Shown: one piece after another, positions 23,853-32,875 of the stretch | Layout of the letters: the number at the start of each line of letters is the position of its first letter | Numbering within the stretch: the first letter of the stretch is position 1 | Position numbers and translations under genes: made by a program | The notes under the pieces: generated by a model | Told to the model about the DNA's origin: nothing | Seen by the model: the letters and a program-made list of their open reading frames with translations, nothing else | Databases searched by the model: none | Source: an uncultured Methanosarcinales archaeon | GTDB taxonomy: Archaea; Nanobdellota; Nanobdellia; Woesearchaeales; GW2011-AR9 | Assembly: GCA_964460195.1 (NCBI GenBank) | Contig: CAYWPJ010000006.1 | Coordinates: 1-53,945 of the forward strand | Length of the DNA stretch: 53,945 nt | Direction of reading: 5' to 3'

Positions 23853-25226
23853 ATGAAAGAACAAGAAAATCTGCGGATTTTCGGTTCCAGAAATGCGACA
23901 CATTTCTCGGAATCAGAAATACTTGAGTTAAAGACATCAACATCCGAACTGAAAGAGGCGATAATCTCAATAGTTTCTATTCTCAATAAGCATCAGAAAG
24001 GAGAGCTGTATTTTGGTGTTAAGCCGAATGGAGAAGTAATTGGTCAATTTGTCGCCGAGAAGACCATGCGGGATATATCCAAGACTATCTCTGACAATAT
24101 TGAACCAAAAATATTTCCTAAGATTAATGAAGTACATTTGGAAGGAAAGAAATGTGTTCAGGTTGAGTTTTCTGGAGAACACGTTCCCTATTATGCTTTT
24201 GGAAGAGCGTATATCCGCGTCGGAGATGAAGACAAAAAGATTAGCTCGCAAGAGTTAGAAAAGCTGATTTTGAAGAAAAACAGAATCCTATGGGAAGAAG
24301 AAATTTCTGAGAAAAATCCGAAAGACGTTAATGAAGAAACACTGAGAGATTTTGTTGAGAGAGCAAATGCAGCAAAACGAATAGATTTCAAGTTTACCAA
24401 TGCGAAAGCGGTACTGAACAAGTTAGGCTTGTTGAAAGATGGAAAATTACTGAAAGCCGCTGAAGTCTTGTTTTGCGATGAAAACCAACACGAAGTACAG
24501 GCAGCGGTATTTGCAGGAACTGATAAACTGACTTTTCTAGATATTCGGCAGTTTAAGGGAAATATTTTTCAATTGCTACAACAGTCTGAATCATACATTA
24601 AAGAACATATCAATTGGCGGGCTGAACTGAAAGAGCGTATTCGGAAAGAAATTCCCGAAATTCCCATTAGAGCGATTACAGAATCATTAGTAAACTCTCT
24701 CTGCCATAGGGATTATGAAAACAGGAAAGGCAATGAAGTTGCCATCTTCAAAGACAGGGTAGAGATTTACAATCCAGGATTATTTCCGGAGGGTTATGAT
24801 CCAAGAGATTTCTTTACCGGGACTGAAAGATCAATTTTGAGAAATCCGCTAATAGCCAATACACTTTATTTGAGCAAAGATATTGAGCGTTGGGGGTCTG
24901 GAATTAAAAGGATTCATGACGCTTGTAAAGAAGAAAAGGTTAAAGTTGAGTTTAAGAAGCTCAAAAGCGGGTTTTTGGTAGTCTTTGATAGGAAGTTCGA
25001 AGTTATGGGCGGTGTAAAGTTCGGAGATGGTTCGGAGAAAAGTTCGGAGAAAATTTTGGCTTTAATTAAAGAGAATAAATCTATTTCTGCACGAGAGATG
25101 GCTACAATTATTGGAATTTCACAGAGGGCGGTAGAAAAGCAACTTGCCATCCTAAGAAAGGAAAGACGTATTAAAAGAATTGGCGGAGCGAAAGGGGGAT
25201 ATTGGGAAGTTGCGAGTACCACTTGA
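23853..25226 (+). CDS. Schlafen/AlbA_2 domain + HATPase_c_4-like ATP-binding domain + C-terminal wHTH protein
   Basis: N-terminus SESEILELKTS..ELYFGVKPNGEVIGQ is AlbA_2-like. CHRDYENRKGNEVAIFKDRVEIYNPG resembles the ATPase-like module. C-terminus ISAREMATIIGISQRAVEKQLAILRKERRI is a wHTH. Confidence 0.8.
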   Translation: MKEQENLRIFGSRNATHFSESEILELKTSTSELKEAIISIVSILNKHQKGELYFGVKPNGEVIGQFVAEKTMRDISKTISDNIEPKIFPKINEVHLEGKKCVQVEFSGEHVPYYAFGRAYIRVGDEDKKISSQELEKLILKKNRILWEEEISEKNPKDVNEETLRDFVERANAAKRIDFKFTNAKAVLNKLGLLKDGKLLKAAEVLFCDENQHEVQAAVFAGTDKLTFLDIRQFKGNIFQLLQQSESYIKEHINWRAELKERIRKEIPEIPIRAITESLVNSLCHRDYENRKGNEVAIFKDRVEIYNPGLFPEGYDPRDFFTGTERSILRNPLIANTLYLSKDIERWGSGIKRIHDACKEEKVKVEFKKLKSGFLVVFDRKFEVMGGVKFGDGSEKSSEKILALIKENKSISAREMATIIGISQRAVEKQLAILRKERRIKRIGGAKGGYWEVASTT

Positions 25227-25239
25227 GAAAGACGAAAGA

Positions 25240-25247
25240 TTTATAAA
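25240..25247 (+). promoter_or_regulatory. TATA box (TTTATAAA) for ORF 25281
   Basis: Lies 34-41 nt upstream of the ATG at 25281. Confidence 0.4.
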
Positions 25248-25280
25248 TGGGGGTGTTTTTAGGGGTGTTAGGGGTTAAAA

Positions 25281-25718
25281 ATGGTTCATTTAAAATATCA
25301 CATTAGGAAGCTTCGGTACGGATCTAATGGTAGATGGAACTCTTGGGAATACGAAGCATTTTCCGATAAACCAGATTATAAAGCCTACTATGGTGAACAA
25401 AGTGGAATATCCGCAAGACACCTTACTATTGACTCACTTGCCCGAGAATTATCAACGTATCCTGGTATTACTAATACCAGTTTTGTCCCAGAAGAAAGAT
25501 TAACATTTCCTGGCGTTACTAATGTAAGTTATTTGGCTTCAGAAAAAATAAGGGACTGTGTAAAGGGAGTCCAAATTGTAACTTCTACTCCTACTAATAC
25601 CACATTCATGCAATGGAGTACCGTCAGCGATGAGGAACTAGGCGAATTGACATCAAAGATTTTTGAACACTATAAAGAACGTAGAGAAAAGACTGGTGAA
25701 TTTGTTGCCTGTATATAA
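25281..25718 (+). CDS. Hypothetical protein
   Basis: 145-aa AT-rich ORF downstream of the Schlafen-like gene. No motif recognised. Confidence 0.45.
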   Translation: MVHLKYHIRKLRYGSNGRWNSWEYEAFSDKPDYKAYYGEQSGISARHLTIDSLARELSTYPGITNTSFVPEERLTFPGVTNVSYLASEKIRDCVKGVQIVTSTPTNTTFMQWSTVSDEELGELTSKIFEHYKERREKTGEFVACI

Positions 25719-25722
25719 GTAA

Positions 25723-25737
25723 AACGCCCCCTCCTCG
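25723..25737. repeat. Inverted-repeat arm (stop-codon-proximal) of the two-gene cassette
   Basis: AACGCCCCCTCCTCG starts 4 nt after the stop codon at 25716-25718. Confidence 0.65.
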
Positions 25738-25874
25738 TTAATAATTCTACCTTTTTTACGTCGTTTAGCGTAGGTGCCAATCTCAAAGTTTATCCAAAAG
25801 AACGTCAGCACAAGAAGGTCAAAGGTGGCCAAAAAATTGAAGTTAACGGTCTTTATCGTCCGCCCAGGCAGTCA

Positions 25875-26519
25875 TCAGGGCCTCACCCATTTAATCTCCC
25901 AGTAAGTCACATCGGCTTCTTCATCGACGCACCCGATCAGCAGCCTTTTCTTGGTGCTGTGCGCCACCCGGTTCTTGGCTGAGAATTCATGCCAGGTCAG
26001 AGTGCTGCCTTCATGCACCGGAAAGACAATCCATTTAGCATGGTCCTCCCCCGGCTTGATGCCCCGCTCATAAACCCGGAAATCGGCGCCGAATTTCAGG
26101 GCGGTCTTGATGATATAACCCCGGTTTCTCATATCCTTGAAGACACAGTACCGGATCCAGAAATTGGGCTCGACTTTGCGCGCCTTTTTCAGGAAAGCCT
26201 CAAAGGTTAGTATCTTTCCGGCATCGCTCCTGACTTCCAGGCGGCCTTTTTCCATCAGGTAAAGGGCTTCCAGGAGCGACAGTTCGAGGCTCCCGTTTTC
26301 TGCCAGGGAGCCGAACCGGGACTGGTTATAGAATTCCCTTGCCTCATCCGAGGATTCGGTGATGGCCTTCTCTCCGCCGAGAACCGCCTTAACAACCGGT
26401 TTTTTCTTTACTTCTTTCTCTTCCGGTTTCTCGGCGCTTGGTTTCTCTGTGTTCTCATCTTTCCCAAAAGAAGTTTCAGGCAAAGCTGCTTCTTGGGGTT
26501 TCTTTTTCTTTCCACCCAT
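25875..26519 (-). CDS. endA: tRNA-splicing endonuclease (EndA, single alpha-type unit) with Lys/Glu-rich N-terminal extension
   Basis: LSLLEALYLMEKGRLEV, RGYIIKTALKFGADFRVYERG, HAKWIV and VAHSTKKRLLIG align by eye with M. jannaschii EndA, including the catalytic Y/H/K. Confidence 0.9.
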   Translation of the reverse strand: MGGKKKKPQEAALPETSFGKDENTEKPSAEKPEEKEVKKKPVVKAVLGGEKAITESSDEAREFYNQSRFGSLAENGSLELSLLEALYLMEKGRLEVRSDAGKILTFEAFLKKARKVEPNFWIRYCVFKDMRNRGYIIKTALKFGADFRVYERGIKPGEDHAKWIVFPVHEGSTLTWHEFSAKNRVAHSTKKRLLIGCVDEEADVTYWEIKWVRP

Positions 26520-26669
26520 GATTCTGGGAAATTACCTCCCTTGTTTTTAAACGTTTCTGAAAAAAACGTCCCGACCGAAAAGTTGGGAGAGCGAACATTC
26601 CGCCCGGCCATCATAATTCAAGACTATAATATCACAAACCTTTTAAGCCAGGCTCCTGCTTCCTTCCCG

Positions 26670-27575
26670 ATGCCGATGATGAAAAAGAGCCGGAAAAGGA
26701 AAGTAATTATTTCTATCCCTGCTTACAATGAAGAGCAGACCCTCCCCAGAGTGATTAGTGAGATTAAGGAAGTGATGAAAGATTCCCCTTATCACTGGCG
26801 AATCTTAGTCCTAGATGACGGCTCTCGGGACAGGACGGCGGAAATCGCCCGGCTGTCGGGGGCCATTGTCCTATCCCACCGCCGGAACCGGGGCCTAGCC
26901 GAGGCCTTCCGCAGCGAGATGGGAGAATGCCTCAGACTGAAAGCGGAGATTATTATTCATACCGACGCTGACGGGCAGTATCTCCCCCAGCATATCCCCC
27001 AAATGATTGAAAAAGTTGAAGAAGGTTATGATTTGGTCCTGGGAAGCCGTTTCCGCGGGAGAATCCAGTCCATGCCTCTCCTGAAAAAGCTCGGAAATGT
27101 CGCTTTCTCTAAAGCTTTAAGTTCGCTGACCCGGACGAGAATCACCGACTCGACGACCGGCTTCCGGGCCTTCACGGCGGAAGTCGCTCGGGAAATAAGT
27201 TATATCAACACTTTCACTTACACGCAGGAGCAGATCATCAAGGCCGCCAAGCAGGGATTCCGGATTACTGAAATACCCATCACCGCCCGAAGAACAAGGG
27301 AAAGCCGCCTTTTTAAAAACCCCTTCCAATACGCCCTCAAGGCCTGGATTAACATCTTAAGGATTTACCGGGATTACGAGCCCCTGATGTTTTTTGGCCG
27401 CATTGGGCTGGCCCTGTTCGCTCTGGGATTGACCATTGGGGTCTGGCTGATTTATCGTTTCCTAACTTTGGGCTACATTGGGAAGATCCCGTCCACCATC
27501 CTCAGCATGCTCCTAATCCTAGTCGGGCTGCAAGTGATCGTCTTCGGCTTTTTAGCGGATATGATGAGGAAGTAA
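26670..27575 (+). CDS. Family 2 glycosyltransferase (dolichyl-phosphate hexose synthase-like) with C-terminal TM helices
   Basis: VIISIPAYNEE, LVLDDGSRD and IHTDADGQ carry the DxD. There are two C-terminal TM helices. The ATG at 26670 is chosen; the track ORF begins at 26493. Confidence 0.8.
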   Translation: MPMMKKSRKRKVIISIPAYNEEQTLPRVISEIKEVMKDSPYHWRILVLDDGSRDRTAEIARLSGAIVLSHRRNRGLAEAFRSEMGECLRLKAEIIIHTDADGQYLPQHIPQMIEKVEEGYDLVLGSRFRGRIQSMPLLKKLGNVAFSKALSSLTRTRITDSTTGFRAFTAEVAREISYINTFTYTQEQIIKAAKQGFRITEIPITARRTRESRLFKNPFQYALKAWINILRIYRDYEPLMFFGRIGLALFALGLTIGVWLIYRFLTLGYIGKIPSTILSMLLILVGLQVIVFGFLADMMRK

Positions 27576-27707
27576 ACCCTAGGAAAATGATTAAGAGGAA
27601 ATAATTAAAAAGAGATGAGGAGAATGATTATTGAAAATTATGACGAGAACCTTCGGCCGTAAACAAATTCCACACACGAAAACGGTGATTTACACAGAAA
27701 CCGGTTC

Positions 27708-28547
27708 TTATGGTGACAAAAGAGGAAGTAGATGCCTAAGATCCGATGATGGTCCTTTAGCATCAATATAATAGATACGTTCCCGCAGATCTGGGTTTGC
27801 CAGTACTTTTTCCTCAAGAAAATCCTGTAATGGTTTGTTATAATTAAAAGCTATTCCTATACCTCCCTTTTCTGCTATTCCAAGAATTCCACCACTATCC
27901 CCCATAGTGTCCCCAATATGAGCAATTTGTGCTGATGATATTTCGGGGAAATATTTTTGTGCATATTCGACAACCAACAGAGCTTTTGCAGTCTCATCAA
28001 CGATGCCTAATTCTATTATGCCGGTGGCTTGAAGAGAGTCATAAATACCACTTCTCGTTGCTTCACTATTGTTGAAATAATCTCGGACAATTTTTTCCAA
28101 TTCAACCTCATTTAACGTAGCTTGGACATCACCATCCCAACCAAATTTCAAATAATTTCCAATAAAGCCATTAATTCTGTAAAATCCAATTTGTTCCCGA
28201 ATAGAATAGAAAGTAACAGAGTATCCGGTGGAATTGATGACAAAGGGAATGCTCCTCATCCCTAATGCATTGACAAAATCAAAAAAACCTGTAACATATT
28301 CCATACGTGTCTTTGTATAATCTATTGCTTGCCGTAGTGTAAGGCCTTTAGTTAACGGGCCAGCATTAGAAAAAGCTTCTTCCATCGATGCCATGCCGGA
28401 AGTTTGTTTCTTAAAAACAGCATCTGCTTCCCTAAACTTTTCTTCACCGATGTACTGTCGAATCATATCACTCATGGTGTGTTGATGCACTAACGTTCCG
28501 TTTAAATCCGAAGAGACAAGACTGATTGGAAGTACTTTTTGTTTCAT
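27708..28547 (-). CDS. HAD-superfamily (subfamily IB-like) protein with D-x-N motif I
   Basis: Motif I is SSDLNGTLV, motif II VINSTG, motif IV IGDTMGDSGG. AT-rich. Confidence 0.55.
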   Translation of the reverse strand: MKQKVLPISLVSSDLNGTLVHQHTMSDMIRQYIGEEKFREADAVFKKQTSGMASMEEAFSNAGPLTKGLTLRQAIDYTKTRMEYVTGFFDFVNALGMRSIPFVINSTGYSVTFYSIREQIGFYRINGFIGNYLKFGWDGDVQATLNEVELEKIVRDYFNNSEATRSGIYDSLQATGIIELGIVDETAKALLVVEYAQKYFPEISSAQIAHIGDTMGDSGGILGIAEKGGIGIAFNYNKPLQDFLEEKVLANPDLRERIYYIDAKGPSSDLRHLLPLLSP

Positions 28548-28715
28548 GATGGAACAGAGAAAACAATATATTAAAAGCGAAGAACGTGAAGCTTTCTTGA
28601 ACTGCTTAAGAGTTTAGGGTCATAGACTCCTGTATGATAATACCACCCATAGATAGTATGAAGGTATAGTTATAATCATAGAAACATTTTTAAATAACTA
28701 CTCAAAAGTAGAATT

Positions 28716-30317
28716 ATGATTAGTAAATTAGCCAAATGGCTCAAACTGACGGCACAGCAAGCTACCCTTCTTCATCTTATGTATTCCCTTCAGGAACAAC
28801 ATTTACCGACAAACCCTATCTCTTTAGAAAAGGCATATCTGCAGCAAACAAAAGTATTTATCCAAAAATCAAACTTATTCACCCAGCTGAAGATTCTACA
28901 AGAGCGAGGCATTGTCACTAAAACCATTAAATCCAACTATATCCTTAATCTTCGGGGTATCCAAGAAGCATTGTTTGTGCAAAAGCAGGAGTTTACCAAA
29001 GACATTGATGAATTAAACCTTTTTATTTCAGATGCTAAAGCTTTCTTTGAGAAAATAATAAAACCAACCGGTGCTTCAGTAACGTACCTCACTGCGGAAG
29101 ATCTCTATAAAAAGTTAGCATTTAATCTTAAAAATGCAACTGCGTATTACTTTGGTTGCGATTTTCCACACTATGCATACACACTTGCATTGTGCACTAA
29201 TGCACAAGAAGCCGCGTATGTTGAAGTGCTTACAGCGAAGATACAGGACAATAATTTTTCATTATTCTGCCTTTCACCGTACCGAATAGAAAGTTTGTCC
29301 TATCGCTTACAAGAGAGGTATAAAAATAAAGAATTCATTAAGGAAGAGCTTAAAGAAGTCTGTACTCGTGCACGGGGGATAACTATTCAATATCAGAATA
29401 TAGAGCTGCGAAAATCTCCCATTCCATTCAATGTTGCTCTAATCGAAAACCCTGCTGAGGGGAATACTTTTTTTATGTTCTTAAAAGATTCAAAAGGGAT
29501 TATTACCGGCGGAATTTTCGTAAATTCCTATGAGACAACAAAACATACGAAACAACACTTTCTGACTCAACTTGGACTAAATCAAGTAATAAAAAAGAGT
29601 GAGGATTTTCCAATCTTCTCTGACACGGAATTTTTGCCAGTTCCTGAAAGTAATAGAAGAAAACTCGTCGCTTTTGATGTCAATCGTATTTTTACTGTTA
29701 ACCATACAACAGTAGAACTCGCAAACCTTGTTGGAAGAGAGAAAGCTGTATTTGGTTTTATTACAAAGCAAATAGAAGGTAATTTAAGTATGCAAGAAGC
29801 TATTTTAGAGAGTGCTCGGCTATTGAAAGGCCTATCGGTAAAAAAAATAGAATCTTTATTACCGAGCATAGCTCTGATAAAGAATGTTAAAAATGGACTT
29901 GTTAAGTTAAAAGAAGCCGGTTATTACATTCTTGCGATATCTTCAGGCTTTAGTCACTTAGTAACTCCAATCTGTAAAGATCTTGGCGTTGATGAAATTT
30001 ACTGCAACGTTTTGGGTGAAAAAGATAGAAAATTAACTGGCGAAGTCATTGAAAGAAGTGTCCTTACTGATGACGTAAAATATTATATTGTAAAATACGT
30101 TCAAGAACGCCTCTCAATACCTCCTGAGAACAGTATTGGTGTAGGAGACGGCTACTCTGATCTTCCACTACTAAAATCCTCAAAAAAGAGAATTTGCTTT
30201 AACCCGAGCAAAAAGATGAAAGAATTATTTGAGGCTGGAGATGAACGTATAACTCATCTCGTAGAAGAACCTGATTTTATGAAAGTAGTAGACTTGATTC
30301 TTGCAGATAAAGATTAA
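28716..30317 (+). CDS. wHTH (TrmB-like) N-terminal domain fused to a SerB-like HAD domain with D-x-N motif I
   Basis: The N-terminus ..LFTQLKILQERGIVTK.. is wHTH-like. The C-terminus has VAFDVNRIFT (motif I variant), AISSGFS and GVGDGYSDLPLL. Confidence 0.55.
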   Translation: MISKLAKWLKLTAQQATLLHLMYSLQEQHLPTNPISLEKAYLQQTKVFIQKSNLFTQLKILQERGIVTKTIKSNYILNLRGIQEALFVQKQEFTKDIDELNLFISDAKAFFEKIIKPTGASVTYLTAEDLYKKLAFNLKNATAYYFGCDFPHYAYTLALCTNAQEAAYVEVLTAKIQDNNFSLFCLSPYRIESLSYRLQERYKNKEFIKEELKEVCTRARGITIQYQNIELRKSPIPFNVALIENPAEGNTFFMFLKDSKGIITGGIFVNSYETTKHTKQHFLTQLGLNQVIKKSEDFPIFSDTEFLPVPESNRRKLVAFDVNRIFTVNHTTVELANLVGREKAVFGFITKQIEGNLSMQEAILESARLLKGLSVKKIESLLPSIALIKNVKNGLVKLKEAGYYILAISSGFSHLVTPICKDLGVDEIYCNVLGEKDRKLTGEVIERSVLTDDVKYYIVKYVQERLSIPPENSIGVGDGYSDLPLLKSSKKRICFNPSKKMKELFEAGDERITHLVEEPDFMKVVDLILADKD

Positions 30318-30613
30318 CCGCGATAGTGTTTAATCTGCGGGATATATTTAAATTATTCGATTTGATTAAACAGGTATATCCCTAAGAGTAAAAAAATCCA
30401 AATTCCATAACCTATTTAAACCTTGATTTAAACTTGTTTTAGAGAAAGAGAAGGGAAGCAGCAAAAAAAAGTCAGGAGGCAGCAAAAAAAGTGGCTGATC
30501 AAAAAATCAAAAACCCAATCGCAGCAAGCTGCGGGGTATGCGCTAGTCATCCCAAAAGTGATTGTGTTTTTGGTGTTTCCTCTGACATCGATGGTCACAG
30601 CAAGCTGTTGGGT

Positions 30614-32875
30614 ATGCACCCAGAGGAAACAATCAAAATCATCGTCACCTTAGGCCCTTCCTGCAATAAAGAAGAAGACCTGCGGACGATCAAAGACAAA
30701 GGAGTGGATTTCGTCCGCATCAATATGTCCCATTCTTCCCTGGAAGACTTAAAATATTTCATCGGCCTGGCAAAGAAGGCCGGCCTGGCTTTCATCATCG
30801 ACACGGAAGGATCGCAGATCCGGTCCGGTGAGCTGGCTTCCGGCTCCCTTGAACTCGAGGAAAACGACGAAGTGAAGATCTACGCCGAACCGGTTGTCGG
30901 CGATAAAACTAAGCTCTCCTTAAAGCCGGGCCAGGCGGTCCGGCAGCTGGAAGAAGGCGACCTTGTTTACATTGACTTTGACACCCTGAGCTTGAGGGTT
31001 TCCGACACTTCCACCCTTAATCAGGGCTACATTCTTGCCAAAGCCATCACTAAAGGTATCATGGACAGCAACAAAGCGGTCAGCCTGGTCTGCGGAACGG
31101 AAAAAAAGGTCTCTCTGCCGACCTTGTCCGAGAAAGACTTCCAATCCATCCAGTTAGGCCTGCAGGAAGGCATCGGCTACATCGCCGCCTCTTTCATCCG
31201 CTCGGGAAAGGCCGTCGATGAAGTCAGGCAGGCGACGCAGAACACGATGAAGATCATTTCCAAGATCGAATGCATCGAGGCGCTGGAGAACCTGGATGAA
31301 ATCATCCGCAAATCTGATTACCTTCTCATCGACCGGGGAGACCTGAGCAAGGAGATCCCCGTGGAAAAGATTCCCTTCACTCAGAACATCATCATCAGGA
31401 AAGCCCGGAAGGAAGGGGTGGGTGTTTTTGTCGCCACCAACCTTCTGGAGACAATGATTGAAAAAAAGAAACCGACCCGGGCGGAAGTTCATGACATCAT
31501 GCGGACAATCGTCGACGGAGCTGCCGGGCTGACGCTGGCCGCCGAAACCGCCATCGGCAAATATCCCATGGAATGCATCAATATGCTTAACAAGCTGATT
31601 CGGCATTCCCAGCTCCTGACCCGGCAGGGAAAGAAAGCTGAACCGGTGCCGGATTGTTTCACTGAAGCTCTGGAAAAAAATAATTATCTTCTTGATCAGG
31701 AAGTCTCTTCCTCTTTGATCCCGCCCCACGGGGGCAGATTAGTCAACCGCGTTCTGAAAAAACCGCCCGAGCCGGAATCCCTCAATTCCCTGCCCCGGCT
31801 GACCCTTCCGGAAACCGCCCAGATGGATGTTGAGCAGATTGCCATAGGCGCCTACAGCCCGATTGAAGGTTTCTTAGGCAAAGAAGACCTGCAAAATGTC
31901 CTGGACAACATGCGGCTGGCCAGCGGGATTGTCTGGCCGATTCCCATTATCTTAGATGTTCCTGAGGAAGAAGCAGCGAAACTTTCCCTGGGAAAGGACG
32001 TGCTTCTGGTCGACGGAGAGAACGAAGCCATGGCCATCCTCCACCTGGAAGAAAAATATTATTTTGACCGGCAGGAGATGGCAGGAAAGATGTACGGCAC
32101 GGAAAACGACGAGCATCCCGGCGTCAGGATGATTAGGAGCCTGAACCCGGTCTTCCTGGCCGGGAAGATTGATTTGCTCCGGCGGAGGAAGGCTGAGTTC
32201 AAAGAGTATCAGCTGACTCCCCGGCAAACTCGGAGAGTTTTCGAGGAAAGAGGCTGGGCTAAAGTCGTCGGTTTCCATACCCGCAACGTCATCCACCGCA
32301 GCCATGAATTCCTCCAGCTCCGAGCCCTGGAGAAAGAGCACGGCGACGGCTTGTTTGTCCATCCCATCGTCGGGAAAAAGAAAAAAGGTGATTTCCATGC
32401 CTCTTACATCATCAAATCATATGAAATGATGAAAAAAGATTTTTATCCAAAGGACAAGGTCGTTTTCGGCACTTTCTGCAGCTATTCCCGCTACGCCGGG
32501 CCGCGGGAATCCTTATTCACCGCCCTTTGCCGGAAGAATTTCGGCTGCAGCCACTTTATTGTCGGCCGGGACCATACCGGCGTCGGCAATTTTTACCACC
32601 CTAAAGCGGCGCACACCATCTACCAGCGGTTTCCTGACTTGGGGATCAAGCCGATTTTCTTCGACCAGGTTTTTTATTCCGGGAAGCTGGACAAATATAT
32701 CCATGAAAAAGATTCCCCTGACCATCCGGAAGAGGACAAGCGGCAAATCAGCGGGACGCAGGCCAGGGAGATGCTGGAGCGGGGAGAACTGCCGCCAGCC
32801 TGGTTCATGCGCCCGGAGATCTCCCGGATGATCGTTGACAGCCTTAAGAGGGGCGAGGAGGTTTTCGTCAGATGA
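30614..32875 (+). CDS. Fusion protein: pyruvate kinase catalytic (A/B) domains + ATP sulfurylase (sulfate adenylyltransferase)
   Basis: PK motifs: IVTLGPS, RINMSHS, KIISKIECIEALENLDEI, DRGDLSKEIP, ATNLLETM, PTRAEVHDI, AAETAIGKYP. Sat motifs: PPHGGRLV, SPIEGFL, FHTRNVIHRSHE, HPIVGKKKKGDF, GRDHTGVG. The ATG at 30614 is preferred over the GTG at 30491. Confidence 0.85.
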   Translation: MHPEETIKIIVTLGPSCNKEEDLRTIKDKGVDFVRINMSHSSLEDLKYFIGLAKKAGLAFIIDTEGSQIRSGELASGSLELEENDEVKIYAEPVVGDKTKLSLKPGQAVRQLEEGDLVYIDFDTLSLRVSDTSTLNQGYILAKAITKGIMDSNKAVSLVCGTEKKVSLPTLSEKDFQSIQLGLQEGIGYIAASFIRSGKAVDEVRQATQNTMKIISKIECIEALENLDEIIRKSDYLLIDRGDLSKEIPVEKIPFTQNIIIRKARKEGVGVFVATNLLETMIEKKKPTRAEVHDIMRTIVDGAAGLTLAAETAIGKYPMECINMLNKLIRHSQLLTRQGKKAEPVPDCFTEALEKNNYLLDQEVSSSLIPPHGGRLVNRVLKKPPEPESLNSLPRLTLPETAQMDVEQIAIGAYSPIEGFLGKEDLQNVLDNMRLASGIVWPIPIILDVPEEEAAKLSLGKDVLLVDGENEAMAILHLEEKYYFDRQEMAGKMYGTENDEHPGVRMIRSLNPVFLAGKIDLLRRRKAEFKEYQLTPRQTRRVFEERGWAKVVGFHTRNVIHRSHEFLQLRALEKEHGDGLFVHPIVGKKKKGDFHASYIIKSYEMMKKDFYPKDKVVFGTFCSYSRYAGPRESLFTALCRKNFGCSHFIVGRDHTGVGNFYHPKAAHTIYQRFPDLGIKPIFFDQVFYSGKLDKYIHEKDSPDHPEEDKRQISGTQAREMLERGELPPAWFMRPEISRMIVDSLKRGEEVFVR

